Assembly (NCBI GenBank): GCA_018399355.1
Contig: JAGYOA010000001.1
Span: forward strand, 1-49,740
DNA length: 49,740 bases
Origin: Candidatus Woesearchaeota archaeon
GTDB taxonomy: Archaea > Nanobdellota > Nanobdellia > Woesearchaeales > CG1-02-33-12
Reading direction: 5' to 3'
Shown: piece by piece, positions 9,259 through 18,760 of the stretch
Layout: each line of letters opens with the position of its first letter
Numbering within the stretch: position 1 is the stretch's first letter
Translations under genes and position numbers: made by a program
The notes under the pieces: generated by a model
Databases searched by the model: none
Told to the model about the DNA's origin: nothing
Seen by the model: only the letters and a program-made list of their open reading frames with translations

Positions 9259-11175
9259 ATGATTTATGGATACAATTCACCAATGGACAGAAGCTACATA
9301 AAAAGCTTTGCAGATGAAAGAGAAAAAATATTGGATGTTGACCAAGTAGGAATAGCCATGGCAATGGGAATTGGAGCAAGAAATGTTCCTGAAATTGCAA
9401 GCAAAATAAGGGCAGGTGCAAGCAGCCTTGAAATACAGTTTATGGGTGCTGGCCGAGGTTCTCAACAAGGAGAAACACCGGGGATGTTTGGCAAGTATCA
9501 CAGGCAGGCTTTAAAAGAGCTTAGTCAGGCAAATGAAGTTACTCTTACAACTCATGCATCTGTTGGAATTCCAGGATTGGCTGGACAGGACCAACAGGGA
9601 AATTTCAGCGATGAGGCAAGGAAAATGGCCATGGACGAAGTAAACAGGGCGATTGATTTTGCAGGAGATACTGCATTGGGAGGCTCTGTTGTTGTTCATA
9701 CAGGAGAGTTTCAAAGGCCAATATCAGAAGAGCCATGGGCTGAACATGGGAAAAAATTTTCAGGTTTTGATAAAGAAGATGAGAGGGCTGTGATAAGAGT
9801 TGTCAACAAAGAAACAGGCCAGGTAATACACCAGGTAAGAAAAAATGAGGTTGTTTACAGGCCTGAATGGAATACTAAAATAATTAATGGCAAAAAAGAG
9901 TATGTTGACTATGAAGGGAATATACTACCAAGAGAGAAAAGGGTTCCTAAATTTGACCCTGAAAAAAAGAAGTTTATAGTTAATCCTCAAACATGGAAAG
10001 ATTTTGTTAAAGAAGCAGAAGAAATGACAAAGGAAAAAAGAAAAGAAAAAGGAGACAATTTTAATGAAGAAAAGGATACAGTAACTCCTGAAGAGGCATT
10101 TTTAAAGGCAACATTAGAAGGACAGAAAAGTGAAAGAGAAGGATGGGCATTGCATTATGGAAGAGGTATTGAAGATAAATTTGATGCATTAAATAAACTT
10201 AATGAGCAAAGAAAAGAGTTGGAAGATCAACTTAAGAATGCTCCTTCTGATGAAAAGTGGAAGATACAAGGAGAGTTGAAAAGAATTGATGAAGGCACTG
10301 GAGCAGATAGAACTTATACAGATTTGGGGCGTAATAAGTTGAAGAAATTAATCGATGCAGACAAGGAAATGGTCATCGGCCATTTGCAGCAGGCAAAGGA
10401 CCTTGAAAAAACAGCTAATAACACTATAAGTGTGAAGAAATATGCACTTGAAAAAAGCATGGAAGGGTATGCACAAGGTGGAATGAGGGCCTGGCAGGAA
10501 ACAAAAGACAAGGGCCTTGAAAAACCATTGACTATAACAATGGAAAATATTTTTCCTGAAAGCTATGGTGGTCATCCTGATGAGCTTAAGCATCTTGTTT
10601 TGGGAAGCAGAAAAAGGATGCAACAAGAACTCGTAAAGAAAAAGGGCTATTCTGAATCAGAGGCAAAAAAATACGCAGAAACTCATATAAAAGCAACACT
10701 TGATGTAGGCCATCTTAATTTATGGAGAAAATATTTCAAGGGAAAAGATAAGGAGTTTGATAAATGGGCTATTAAAAAAACAGAAGAGCTTGCAAAAGCA
10801 GGAATAGTAGGAAATGTTCATCTTGCAGACAATTTTGGGTATCAGGATGAGCACCTTGCTCCAGGACAAGGCAATACTCCAATAAAAGAAATGGTAAAAA
10901 CACTTAAAAAATATGGTTATGATGGGCCATATACTGTTGAGTGTGGCTCATCAGCAACAACTGATGCATCATACTTTCATGGATTAATGAAAACATGGGA
11001 ATATCTTGGCTCTCCTGTTTACAGTTTCGGAGCAGCAAGAGATGGTTTGCCTCCTTCGCAATGGCACCAGATTCAAAACTCATATTTTGGACAGACATAT
11101 CCTCCTTCATTTTTATTCGGAAATTATGTCCCCTCAAACGAATGGACAATGTGGACAGGGGTTCCAATGGAATAA
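9259..11175 (+). CDS. Xylose isomerase-like/AP endonuclease 2 (EndoIV-like) TIM-barrel protein with a large insertion
   Basis: Metal-ligand motifs in canonical order: TTHAS, VVHTGE, MENIF, LDVGHL, VHLADN, DEHLAPGQG, VECG. Confidence 0.85.
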   Translation: MIYGYNSPMDRSYIKSFADEREKILDVDQVGIAMAMGIGARNVPEIASKIRAGASSLEIQFMGAGRGSQQGETPGMFGKYHRQALKELSQANEVTLTTHASVGIPGLAGQDQQGNFSDEARKMAMDEVNRAIDFAGDTALGGSVVVHTGEFQRPISEEPWAEHGKKFSGFDKEDERAVIRVVNKETGQVIHQVRKNEVVYRPEWNTKIINGKKEYVDYEGNILPREKRVPKFDPEKKKFIVNPQTWKDFVKEAEEMTKEKRKEKGDNFNEEKDTVTPEEAFLKATLEGQKSEREGWALHYGRGIEDKFDALNKLNEQRKELEDQLKNAPSDEKWKIQGELKRIDEGTGADRTYTDLGRNKLKKLIDADKEMVIGHLQQAKDLEKTANNTISVKKYALEKSMEGYAQGGMRAWQETKDKGLEKPLTITMENIFPESYGGHPDELKHLVLGSRKRMQQELVKKKGYSESEAKKYAETHIKATLDVGHLNLWRKYFKGKDKEFDKWAIKKTEELAKAGIVGNVHLADNFGYQDEHLAPGQGNTPIKEMVKTLKKYGYDGPYTVECGSSATTDASYFHGLMKTWEYLGSPVYSFGAARDGLPPSQWHQIQNSYFGQTYPPSFLFGNYVPSNEWTMWTGVPME

Positions 11176-11238
11176 TTAACCATTTCAAAGAAGTCAGAAA
11201 GTTTAATAAACACAAAGTTTAACTATAAAAGAGGTGTG

Positions 11239-12039
11239 ATGATGAAATTCAATATAAAAAAGAACCATATAGCTCCAGTGGACTACAAAAAAGAGGAATT
11301 TGACATTGCTTATGATTTCTCAAAAAAGATATATGATGAAATGAAGGATTTCATAAAGGCCACTGTTCTTTTTGGAAGCTCAACAAGAAAGATTTCAAGC
11401 ACAGGAGACATAGATGTACTAGTGATAGTTGATGACATATCTATGAGGATAAGTCCTGAATTAAGCGAGTCATACAAATTAATAACAGAAAAAATTGTAA
11501 AAGATACATCTAATCTTCTTCACATAACAACACTTAAGCTAACCGCATTCTGGGAGTATGTACGCTCAGGTGATCCTGTGATTATAAACATGCTAAGGGA
11601 TGGTATCGCTCTTTTGGATACTGGGTTTTTTGAGCCTCTTCAGGCGCTTTTAAAGCAAGGAAGGATAAGGCCAACCCATGAAAGTATATGGGCTTATTTT
11701 GCAAGGGCTCCCTCAACACTTCATAACTCAAAATGGCATATTTTACAGGCAACAGTTGACCTTTATTGGGCTGTGATTGACTCTGCTCATGCTGCTCTTA
11801 TGAAGCTTGGAGAGATTCCTCCCACTCCAGAACATGTTGCAGACATGATGGAAGAGCACATGGTAAAAAAAGGATACATAGAAAAAAAATATGCAAACAC
11901 AATGAAAAAATTCTATGAGCTCTCAAGAAAAATAAACCACCGCGAGATAACAGACATTTCTGGAAAGGATTATGATTCATATTCCAAAGAGGCATTTGAC
12001 TTTGTGAAAAAGATTCATAATTTCATTGAGGAAAGGTAA
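11239..12039 (+). CDS. Minimal nucleotidyltransferase (MNT) fused to a HEPN-like domain
   Basis: LFGSSTR..GDIDVLVIVDD Pol-beta signature. C-terminal helical LYWAVIDSAHAALM..PPTPEH..RKINH. SD GAGGTG supports a start at 11239. Confidence 0.82.
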   Translation: MMKFNIKKNHIAPVDYKKEEFDIAYDFSKKIYDEMKDFIKATVLFGSSTRKISSTGDIDVLVIVDDISMRISPELSESYKLITEKIVKDTSNLLHITTLKLTAFWEYVRSGDPVIINMLRDGIALLDTGFFEPLQALLKQGRIRPTHESIWAYFARAPSTLHNSKWHILQATVDLYWAVIDSAHAALMKLGEIPPTPEHVADMMEEHMVKKGYIEKKYANTMKKFYELSRKINHREITDISGKDYDSYSKEAFDFVKKIHNFIEER

Positions 12040-12068
12040 TATATTTATACATATAATTTTTCTTTCTG

Positions 12069-12644
12069 TTGATGAAATTTGAAAAAGACAAAAAAAATGT
12101 TCTTGAAAGAATTGACAAGTCAAAAAAAGGTTCAATAGACACTGAAATAATAAGTTTGGTTAAATTAATAAACTCATTAAAAAATTATTATACAACTTCA
12201 TCATGCTCTGGAAGAATCATGATTATTAAGAGGCCGGAATCAGGCAAAAAGTGCGATGTTGATTTCTTTTTCTCAAGCCACAGTAAAGTAAATTTCAGTG
12301 AAATAAAAAACAAACTAAAAGAAATTCCTGATGAGCAGCTTTGGTTTAGGCAGGAGTCAATGATAATGCATATTGCTTGCAAAACAATTGAAAATGCCCA
12401 GAAAATCCTGGATATTTCAGCTAAAACAGGACTAAAGCATTCAGGGATAATAACAACAAGAAAAAAGATTATTGTTGAGATAATAGGATCTGAACAGTTT
12501 GAAACCATAATTGCCTCAAACAAAAAGATATACATAAATGAAGAATATTTAAAGCTCCTTGTTAATGAAGCAAATAAAAAAATGAATTTAAACAAAAAAA
12601 GATTAAAAAAATTCTATGAATTAGTTGAAACAATCAAAGATTGA
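12069..12644 (+). CDS. taw3: tRNA wyosine-derivative methyltransferase Taw3/TYW3
   Basis: DKSKKGSID, YTTSSCSGRI, MHIACKT and GLKHSGI motifs. Confidence 0.9.
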   Translation: MMKFEKDKKNVLERIDKSKKGSIDTEIISLVKLINSLKNYYTTSSCSGRIMIIKRPESGKKCDVDFFFSSHSKVNFSEIKNKLKEIPDEQLWFRQESMIMHIACKTIENAQKILDISAKTGLKHSGIITTRKKIIVEIIGSEQFETIIASNKKIYINEEYLKLLVNEANKKMNLNKKRLKKFYELVETIKD

Positions 12645-13163
12645 CTTTTCTTTTTCAAAAAAATAAAAAATAGCTCCAATAAATATAACAAAAGATACAA
12701 TTAAGATTTCATTTAAATTAAATTCTGGGCTATTTTTTAATTTTTCAATAAAACTGATTTCTTTTAGTTGTTGTTTTTTAACAAAAAAGCTTGCTTTAAC
12801 TGCCAAAGAAGGACTCACACTTGTTTTTTCATTGGATTTCTGTACTTCAGTTATATATACAATATCGCTATAATAACCTTCATCCATACCATATGGAATT
12901 TCAACTACCACTTCAATTTTTTTGTTTTCATTTGCAGGAACACTGAACTCTGTTGGATAGAAATAAAAAATATGATTGTTATTCTTGACATTTAATGAAT
13001 ATAATGCCTCTTCATCAAGAGTGTTGAAAACAGTAAAGTATCTTTTCTGCTTTTCGCCGTTAGATAAATTTTTGAAATCAATCTCAGTTGGAGAAACTCC
13101 GATTGACACTACAAATAAAGGAGATATCAAAATTAAAAAAATAAAAATAAATAAAATTTTCAT
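12621..13163 (-). CDS. Secreted, membrane-anchored single Ig-like domain protein
   Basis: N-terminal signal peptide, IGVSPTEIDF beta-rich domain and a C-terminal TM helix. Confidence 0.7.
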   Translation of the reverse strand: MKILFIFIFLILISPLFVVSIGVSPTEIDFKNLSNGEKQKRYFTVFNTLDEEALYSLNVKNNNHIFYFYPTEFSVPANENKKIEVVVEIPYGMDEGYYSDIVYITEVQKSNEKTSVSPSLAVKASFFVKKQQLKEISFIEKLKNSPEFNLNEILIVSFVIFIGAIFYFFEKEKSIFDCFN

Positions 13164-13164
13164 C

Positions 13165-14418
13165 TTATTTTTCTATTGCAGTTATAGCCAATGAGCTTGA
13201 GTAATTTCCTGATTTTGTATTTTCAGGAATGTAAAGCTTGAACTCAAGGCTCTTGCTGCTTTCTTCATTGCATTCAAGGTCAATGCCTGCCATGAAAGAT
13301 GACTCTGAAAAGCTTATGAAGTCAGAATCCTCTGTTTTGTAGTAAAAGTTCTCTATTCCTAAAAAGCTCTCGCCGTTTGTAAATGCTCTTACATTCATTT
13401 CAATGTCTGAAAAAACATTTCCTATGTTTGAAATTATTATTGGATCTGAAGCAGAGCTGTTTTTGCCCTTAAGCAAGCTGCCGAAGTTTATCTCATTGGA
13501 ATTTAATTCAATGGCCATAAGCTTCAAATATTCAAATTCTGCAGTTTTATTTGCCTTTGAACTAGAGCTCTCTGCCTTTAATAATATTTCATAAATTCCT
13601 GAAACATCATAAAAGTTCATGCTTAAATTTATCTGATAAATGTACTCATAGCCATTTAAATCCTGGATCTTTGTCATTTCAAAAGTTGCATTTTTGAATA
13701 AAACAGAAACAGACGAAATATTTCCCTCGCCATTGTTTAGAACTAATGCGGATATTGTAATATCTTTTTCAGTTCCCGGATTAGGCATTATCTGAAATCC
13801 CTCCTCCTCATAATAATCAGGAGAAACAGTTATGTTTTTTATCTCAATTCCTCCTGAGAGCACATTTGCATAAATCTGCATGCTATTTTGATTTATTTCC
13901 GGGTATTGTAAAAATACACTATTCTCTGTTCCAGGAGTTCCATAATAAACAATTGATTCCATCCATTCTGTGCCTGAAAACTCAATTGTTTTTCCGTTTC
14001 CATTCGCAAACAGCTTAGAAGAATAATCAACACAGTCTATTAACTGCAGATTATTGTCTTTCATACATATAATCTCTCCAGTATTGGATAGTGAGAATGA
14101 GCTTTCAACTATTGTTCTAGTAAAATTAGAGTAGTCTTCCAAGAATTTAACAGGATTATCCGCAATAACCAAATAGTCGTTTTTGGTTAATATATCATTT
14201 CCCTGAAAAATAGTTAATTTGTGGTTTACTCCTGCTTCAAATAATTTCCATTCGCTTATATTCACATCAAAATCATTATTATTGTAAAGCTCTATCCACT
14301 CTCTCCCTGTGTCTGTTCCTTCTGGATCATACATTATCTCGTTTATTATAACTGCATTTGCATTGTTTAAAAATAGCAGCATTGAAAAAACTCCTAAAAA
14401 AAATGTTTTATTTATCAT
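13165..14418 (-). CDS. Secreted lamin-tail-domain protein with further Ig-like domains
   Basis: Signal peptide ending ANA; VIINEIMYDP, EWIELYN, SLSNTG and GTPG are LTD motifs. Confidence 0.85.
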   Translation of the reverse strand: MINKTFFLGVFSMLLFLNNANAVIINEIMYDPEGTDTGREWIELYNNNDFDVNISEWKLFEAGVNHKLTIFQGNDILTKNDYLVIADNPVKFLEDYSNFTRTIVESSFSLSNTGEIICMKDNNLQLIDCVDYSSKLFANGNGKTIEFSGTEWMESIVYYGTPGTENSVFLQYPEINQNSMQIYANVLSGGIEIKNITVSPDYYEEEGFQIMPNPGTEKDITISALVLNNGEGNISSVSVLFKNATFEMTKIQDLNGYEYIYQINLSMNFYDVSGIYEILLKAESSSSKANKTAEFEYLKLMAIELNSNEINFGSLLKGKNSSASDPIIISNIGNVFSDIEMNVRAFTNGESFLGIENFYYKTEDSDFISFSESSFMAGIDLECNEESSKSLEFKLYIPENTKSGNYSSSLAITAIEK

Positions 14419-14596
14419 TTTTAATCACCCTTAAAAAACATTCTAAAGAAGGTTTTTAACGCTTTTCATAAAAAAGCATTGATATTTTTATAAAATTAAA
14501 ATTTTTTTTAAGTTTTATAGAAAGATTATGTTAATCATATTATATGACGTAATAATAAAGAAATAATAAATGTAAAAAATTAAAAAAATAATTAAG

Positions 14597-16228
14597 TTAC
14601 TTTGAAAGTAACTTAAATACAAGTATCAGGAAGATTAATCCAAGTATCAATACTGTTCCAACAAGCAATACTAAGTATAGACTTGTGTCCTGGAATGATA
14701 TCTCTCTTGTTACATCTCCGGTTGGTGTTGTCGGCGTTGTTGGCTCTGTTGGAATTACAATAACATCTTCACCATTTTCATCTTCGTCATCATCTTCATC
14801 ATCATCAGGAACAGTTTCAACGCAATCCTGAACAACAATGTCTATTATGTTATATGCATCAATTATAAAATCATCATCATAATAGTCGTCTGAATCATAG
14901 TATACCTTTGCAGTTACTCTATATGTTCCCTGTTTCACATTATCACTTATTGTTATTGGATATGATTTTCTCCAGTTGTCTCCTTCATCTATTTCTATGT
15001 ACTCTTCCTTGAAATTTATTCCAAGTTCTGAATTTTCAATTTCAACTATGATTTCATCCTGATCATTTCTACCATAGTTCATAAGCTCTATGTTGAGCAT
15101 AGTGTATCTGTTGCATGAGAGTGTTGACTGGTCAGTATTAAATCTTCTAAGCCTTATGTCATCTCTATCTTTAGTTACTTCAAGCGTTAGTTCCCATTCA
15201 ATCTTGTGATAGCCTGAATCTTCATCCCATCCTTCAACAATGAATTCAACGTCATAGTCTCCGCTTTCGACATCTGAAGGGATATTGAATTCTATTGATT
15301 CTCTGTCGCTTCTCTTACCAGGATCAATATCAAACTCTCTTGACTCTTCTTCAAGATCATCTCCATCATCAATATCTCTTATTGTGATAGTTACAAGAAC
15401 ATCTTCTATTTCTATGTCTTCATCTCTTGTGTAAAGGTTTTCTATTATGAACTCAAATCTAACTGTTGAATCTGGCTTTGCTTCCTCACCTATCTTATCT
15501 CCATCTATTAAATTTGAGCTTCTTTCATTATCAACATAAACATCAAGGTCATATATATCAAGCATTACATCTGATTTTTCATCAACATTTATTGTAAATG
15601 CAGCTGATGCTGATTCTTCTCCATCACTTACTGTAACAGTGCATATTGTTGTTCCTTCTGTATCATCGCTGTATCTTGTTGCTTTAAGAGTATTGCCTGA
15701 GACAGAGCATGTTGCAATAGATGTGTTTCCCTGAGTGATTGTATATGTTAATGTGTCTTCATCTAAATCAGAAGCTGGAATTGTTATGCTGTCTGAGTCT
15801 TCATCATTATCAATATTTATTATTCCTGCTGCAATTATTGGCTGTGTGTTTGAAACAGTTCCTGCTGTGATATTTGTCTTTGCAGTTAAATTTACTCCAT
15901 CTCCAGCCCAGTATTCCGCGATTATTTCATCGTCTTTAATAAAATTTGAGCTTGCCAATGTTGCTATTAATGTGTTTGTGTTGTTTTCTGCCTCATTACT
16001 TTGTGCAGTTCCCTTTGCAATGCCGTTAACATAAAACTGGACATAACCTGTTAAGGTCTCATTATCATCATTGTCTGTTATGGTCATATTAAACTTAACA
16101 TCAGTATCTGTATAAATTTCACTTGGACTTGGCTGGACATCTGTTATTGTTGGCAATGCTGCGCTTACAAAAACAGATAGAATTAACATAACAAACAATC
16201 CTGTTAAACTTATTATAGTTCTCTTCAT
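14597..16228 (-). CDS. Acidic multi-Ig-domain surface/S-layer-like glycoprotein with C-terminal anchor
   Basis: Signal peptide (VSA), cadherin-like TVTVSDG, D/E- and PT-rich linker, C-terminal TM and several NxT sequons. Confidence 0.75.
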   Translation of the reverse strand: MKRTIISLTGLFVMLILSVFVSAALPTITDVQPSPSEIYTDTDVKFNMTITDNDDNETLTGYVQFYVNGIAKGTAQSNEAENNTNTLIATLASSNFIKDDEIIAEYWAGDGVNLTAKTNITAGTVSNTQPIIAAGIINIDNDEDSDSITIPASDLDEDTLTYTITQGNTSIATCSVSGNTLKATRYSDDTEGTTICTVTVSDGEESASAAFTINVDEKSDVMLDIYDLDVYVDNERSSNLIDGDKIGEEAKPDSTVRFEFIIENLYTRDEDIEIEDVLVTITIRDIDDGDDLEEESREFDIDPGKRSDRESIEFNIPSDVESGDYDVEFIVEGWDEDSGYHKIEWELTLEVTKDRDDIRLRRFNTDQSTLSCNRYTMLNIELMNYGRNDQDEIIVEIENSELGINFKEEYIEIDEGDNWRKSYPITISDNVKQGTYRVTAKVYYDSDDYYDDDFIIDAYNIIDIVVQDCVETVPDDDEDDDEDENGEDVIVIPTEPTTPTTPTGDVTREISFQDTSLYLVLLVGTVLILGLIFLILVFKLLSK

Positions 16229-16360
16229 TTTTTACCCCCAAAATTTGCTGATAATCTGAAATTTCTAATATATATTTATATAGTTTATATTATTCATAAG
16301 TAGTTACACATTATATATAAAGCTTATTATTCTATAAAATATATAATAAAGAACATATAA

Positions 16361-17632
16361 TTATTGGATAATTCCAAACTTATCAAGGGCTATTTTAAGC
16401 TCTTTGTGTGTTTTAGAGTAATTTTTAAGGCTTTTCTTACTCATAACCGCTTCTAAAGCTTGCTTTATTGCAATAGCTCCTTCTTTAGTTCCATTTGGAT
16501 GTCCATGACAGCCACCACCAAACTGCATTATTATGTTATTTCCCATTATTTTTACTAAAGGAGGAATTCCGCCCGGATGAAGCCCACCAGAGCACACAGC
16601 CATGGTTGGTTTTATGTTATACCATTTCTGCTCAAGCATATGAGTTCCTTTCTCATGGATAATACTGTTTTCTATGTTTTCCCCTATATCTTTTACTTCG
16701 TGTTTTGTTCCTGTCATCTTTCCAACTATCGCACCAATATGAAGCTGGTCTGCCCCGATTAATCTTGCTATCTTTGCAATTGCAAGCATACTTATTCCGT
16801 GTTTTTCATTTCTTGTAAAGGCAGCATGTCCTGCCCTGTGGGCATGTATTACTAAATTGAGATTTGCATTTCTCAATGTCTGCAATGCGCTCCAGCCGGC
16901 TGTTAATATGTCTATCATAACATATCTTCCGCCATGTTTTTTAACAAATTTAGCTCTCTTAATCATCTCATTTGTTTCAGCAGTAACATTAGGCATGTAT
17001 ATCTTTATTTTTCCTGTTTCTTTTTCTGCCTTTTTTCTTAGTTTTATTGTTTCAATAACTCTTTTATTGAAATTATTAAAGCTCATAGAAGTAAGGTTTT
17101 CATCATCCTTAACAATATCTAAACCGCCAACCCAGGCATCATAGGCAACCTTTGCGTGCTCTTTTTCATTCAAACCGAGCTTTGGCTTAACTATTGTTCC
17201 AATTAAGGGTCTCTTTTTTATTTTTGTTATTTTTCTTATTCCCTCTATTCCAAATTTTGGACCTTTAAATGATTTCACTATTGATTCAGGAAAAGAAATA
17301 TCCATTAATCTTAGGTTTTTTATCGCGCTCATGCCGAATATATTTCCTGCAATGCTTGAAAGAATCTCAGGCATATTTCCTTTTTCAAAAAGATTTTCAT
17401 TGTATGCTATCTTTATTATTTTCTTTCTTTTATTGATGTAAAAAACATTGGGCTTTAAGGTTCTTGCAACCCTCTTGTTCATTGTTGCTATATCTGTCCA
17501 TGTTCCTATAGATGATTCCAGGGCAACATTAGATGCTGCTTTCTCGATACTTATTTTGTTTGGCTCTAAGTAGAATTCACATATCAAATCTTTTTTTGAA
17601 GGTTTGTATTTAAGGTCTATATAATTAAGCAA
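16361..17632 (-). CDS. rbcL: Form III RuBisCO large subunit
   Basis: ESSIGTW, AGNIFG, KPKLGL, GLDIVKDDE, HAHRAGH, VGKM (loop 6 Lys), SGGLHP, GGGCHGHP. Probable TTG start at 17632 after SD GGTGA. Confidence 0.95.
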   Translation of the reverse strand: MLNYIDLKYKPSKKDLICEFYLEPNKISIEKAASNVALESSIGTWTDIATMNKRVARTLKPNVFYINKRKKIIKIAYNENLFEKGNMPEILSSIAGNIFGMSAIKNLRLMDISFPESIVKSFKGPKFGIEGIRKITKIKKRPLIGTIVKPKLGLNEKEHAKVAYDAWVGGLDIVKDDENLTSMSFNNFNKRVIETIKLRKKAEKETGKIKIYMPNVTAETNEMIKRAKFVKKHGGRYVMIDILTAGWSALQTLRNANLNLVIHAHRAGHAAFTRNEKHGISMLAIAKIARLIGADQLHIGAIVGKMTGTKHEVKDIGENIENSIIHEKGTHMLEQKWYNIKPTMAVCSGGLHPGGIPPLVKIMGNNIIMQFGGGCHGHPNGTKEGAIAIKQALEAVMSKKSLKNYSKTHKELKIALDKFGIIQ

Positions 17633-17637
17633 TAAAA

Positions 17638-18228
17638 TCACCCTTTGTTAAAAACTTGTGTTAAATCAACATTCTCCTCTGCATATTTTCTGTCACTTTT
17701 GGGCCTTTCTTTTTCTTCTGGCTGTTTTTCATTAGTTTCCTGGTCTTGTTTTTCTTCTTCTCCAGATCCTTTTTCCTGCGATTGTTCTTCCTGTTTTTTT
17801 TCAGTTTCATTACTTTCTTGCTTTTCTTCGTAATTTTCTTTTTTCTCTGTCTGTTCATCCTGGCTGAGTTCATTAACTGTCTTTACTTGGTTTGAAATAT
17901 CATAATCCTTCTTTTCTTCTTCAACAGGCTTTATATCATCAACAGTTGGCAGCTCTTTTTGCTCAACAGATTCAGGAATGCTTTCCTGTTTTTCCTCATC
18001 TTTTTCATCTTGCATTTCTTCTTTCTGTTCAGAAATTGTTTGCTCTTTTTCTTCTGTTTTCTGAGGGGCCTCATTTATTGTTTCTTTTATTTCTTCCTTT
18101 TTTTGCTCGTTTTCAGGATTATTTGTCTTCATCATACTTTTTGCAAGCTCTACAGCATCTTTCATGCTTGCTGCAAGCCCGTTTTCTTTTAAAGAATTAG
18201 CGAGTTTCATTAATTCATCGTTAGACAT
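17638..18228 (-). CDS. E/K/Q-rich, probably disordered hypothetical protein
   Basis: SD AGGTGA. N-terminal helix LANSLKENGLAASMKDA, long acidic low-complexity middle, C-terminal VDLTQVF. Confidence 0.75.
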   Translation of the reverse strand: MSNDELMKLANSLKENGLAASMKDAVELAKSMMKTNNPENEQKKEEIKETINEAPQKTEEKEQTISEQKEEMQDEKDEEKQESIPESVEQKELPTVDDIKPVEEEKKDYDISNQVKTVNELSQDEQTEKKENYEEKQESNETEKKQEEQSQEKGSGEEEKQDQETNEKQPEEKERPKSDRKYAEENVDLTQVFNKG

Positions 18229-18279
18229 AGTATCACCTTTTTAGTTTGATTAAGCAATAAACCTAATATTATATAAAGG

Positions 18280-18759
18280 TTATCTTTTCAGAAAAAATAT
18301 AATATCTTTTTCCTCTTCTATGATTTTTTTCAATTTGAAAATACTCATTATACTCTTTTCTATCTCGCTGAATTTTGATGATCTTTTCATTACACTCAAA
18401 ACAACATCTTTTTTTGCCACTCTTTTTATCTCTTCCAATCCTTTTTTTATATCTTTGAAATTATGCACAGCAGTAACTGAAATAACATAATCAAAGCATC
18501 TGTCTTTAAATGGAAGCTTTTCAGCATATGACTTCATGTAGAATGCATCTTTTGCCTGCTTAAGCATCTTTATGCTTGGATCTACACCAATTTTAATGCA
18601 GTTAAAAGGCGATGTGGATATTCCTGTGCCGCACCCAACATCCAAGAGAATTTCGTGTTTTTTCGGCTTTATGTTTTGTTTTATTATGTTTATTTTATTT
18701 AATTGCTCTTTTTTATGAAGCTCGTTGTAAGATTTTGATAATTCGCTGTAGTAATCCAT
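18280..18759 (-). CDS. Class I SAM-dependent methyltransferase
   Basis: LLDVGCGTG, GVDPS, AEKLPF..FDYV. Probable start at 18759 (MDYY), immediately after the upstream stop. Confidence 0.9.
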   Translation of the reverse strand: MDYYSELSKSYNELHKKEQLNKINIIKQNIKPKKHEILLDVGCGTGISTSPFNCIKIGVDPSIKMLKQAKDAFYMKSYAEKLPFKDRCFDYVISVTAVHNFKDIKKGLEEIKRVAKKDVVLSVMKRSSKFSEIEKSIMSIFKLKKIIEEEKDIIFFLKR

Positions 18760-18760
18760 T

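Noticed and set aside
9700..10535. Intein in the TIM-barrel protein
   Set aside because: No C/S start with an HN-C/S/T end and no LAGLIDADG motifs were seen; the insert is a charged coiled coil.
13165..14418. Lamin-tail domain as a eukaryotic signature
   Set aside because: LTDs are common in secreted prokaryotic proteins, and there is no intermediate-filament rod.
14419..14596. AT-rich intergenic region as a replication origin or ncRNA
   Set aside because: No ORB-like repeats, no cdc6 neighbour and no GC-rich stems. Terminator plus promoter sequence explains it.
16361..17632. RuBisCO as evidence of Calvin-cycle autotrophy
   Set aside because: The sequence is form III-like, with no small subunit or phosphoribulokinase in the window. 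Nucleoside salvage is the established role.
18280..18759. Methyltransferase as a dedicated pilin-modifying enzyme
   Set aside because: It directly follows the last pilin-like gene, but it is a generic small class I methyltransferase and nothing in the sequence indicates its substrate.
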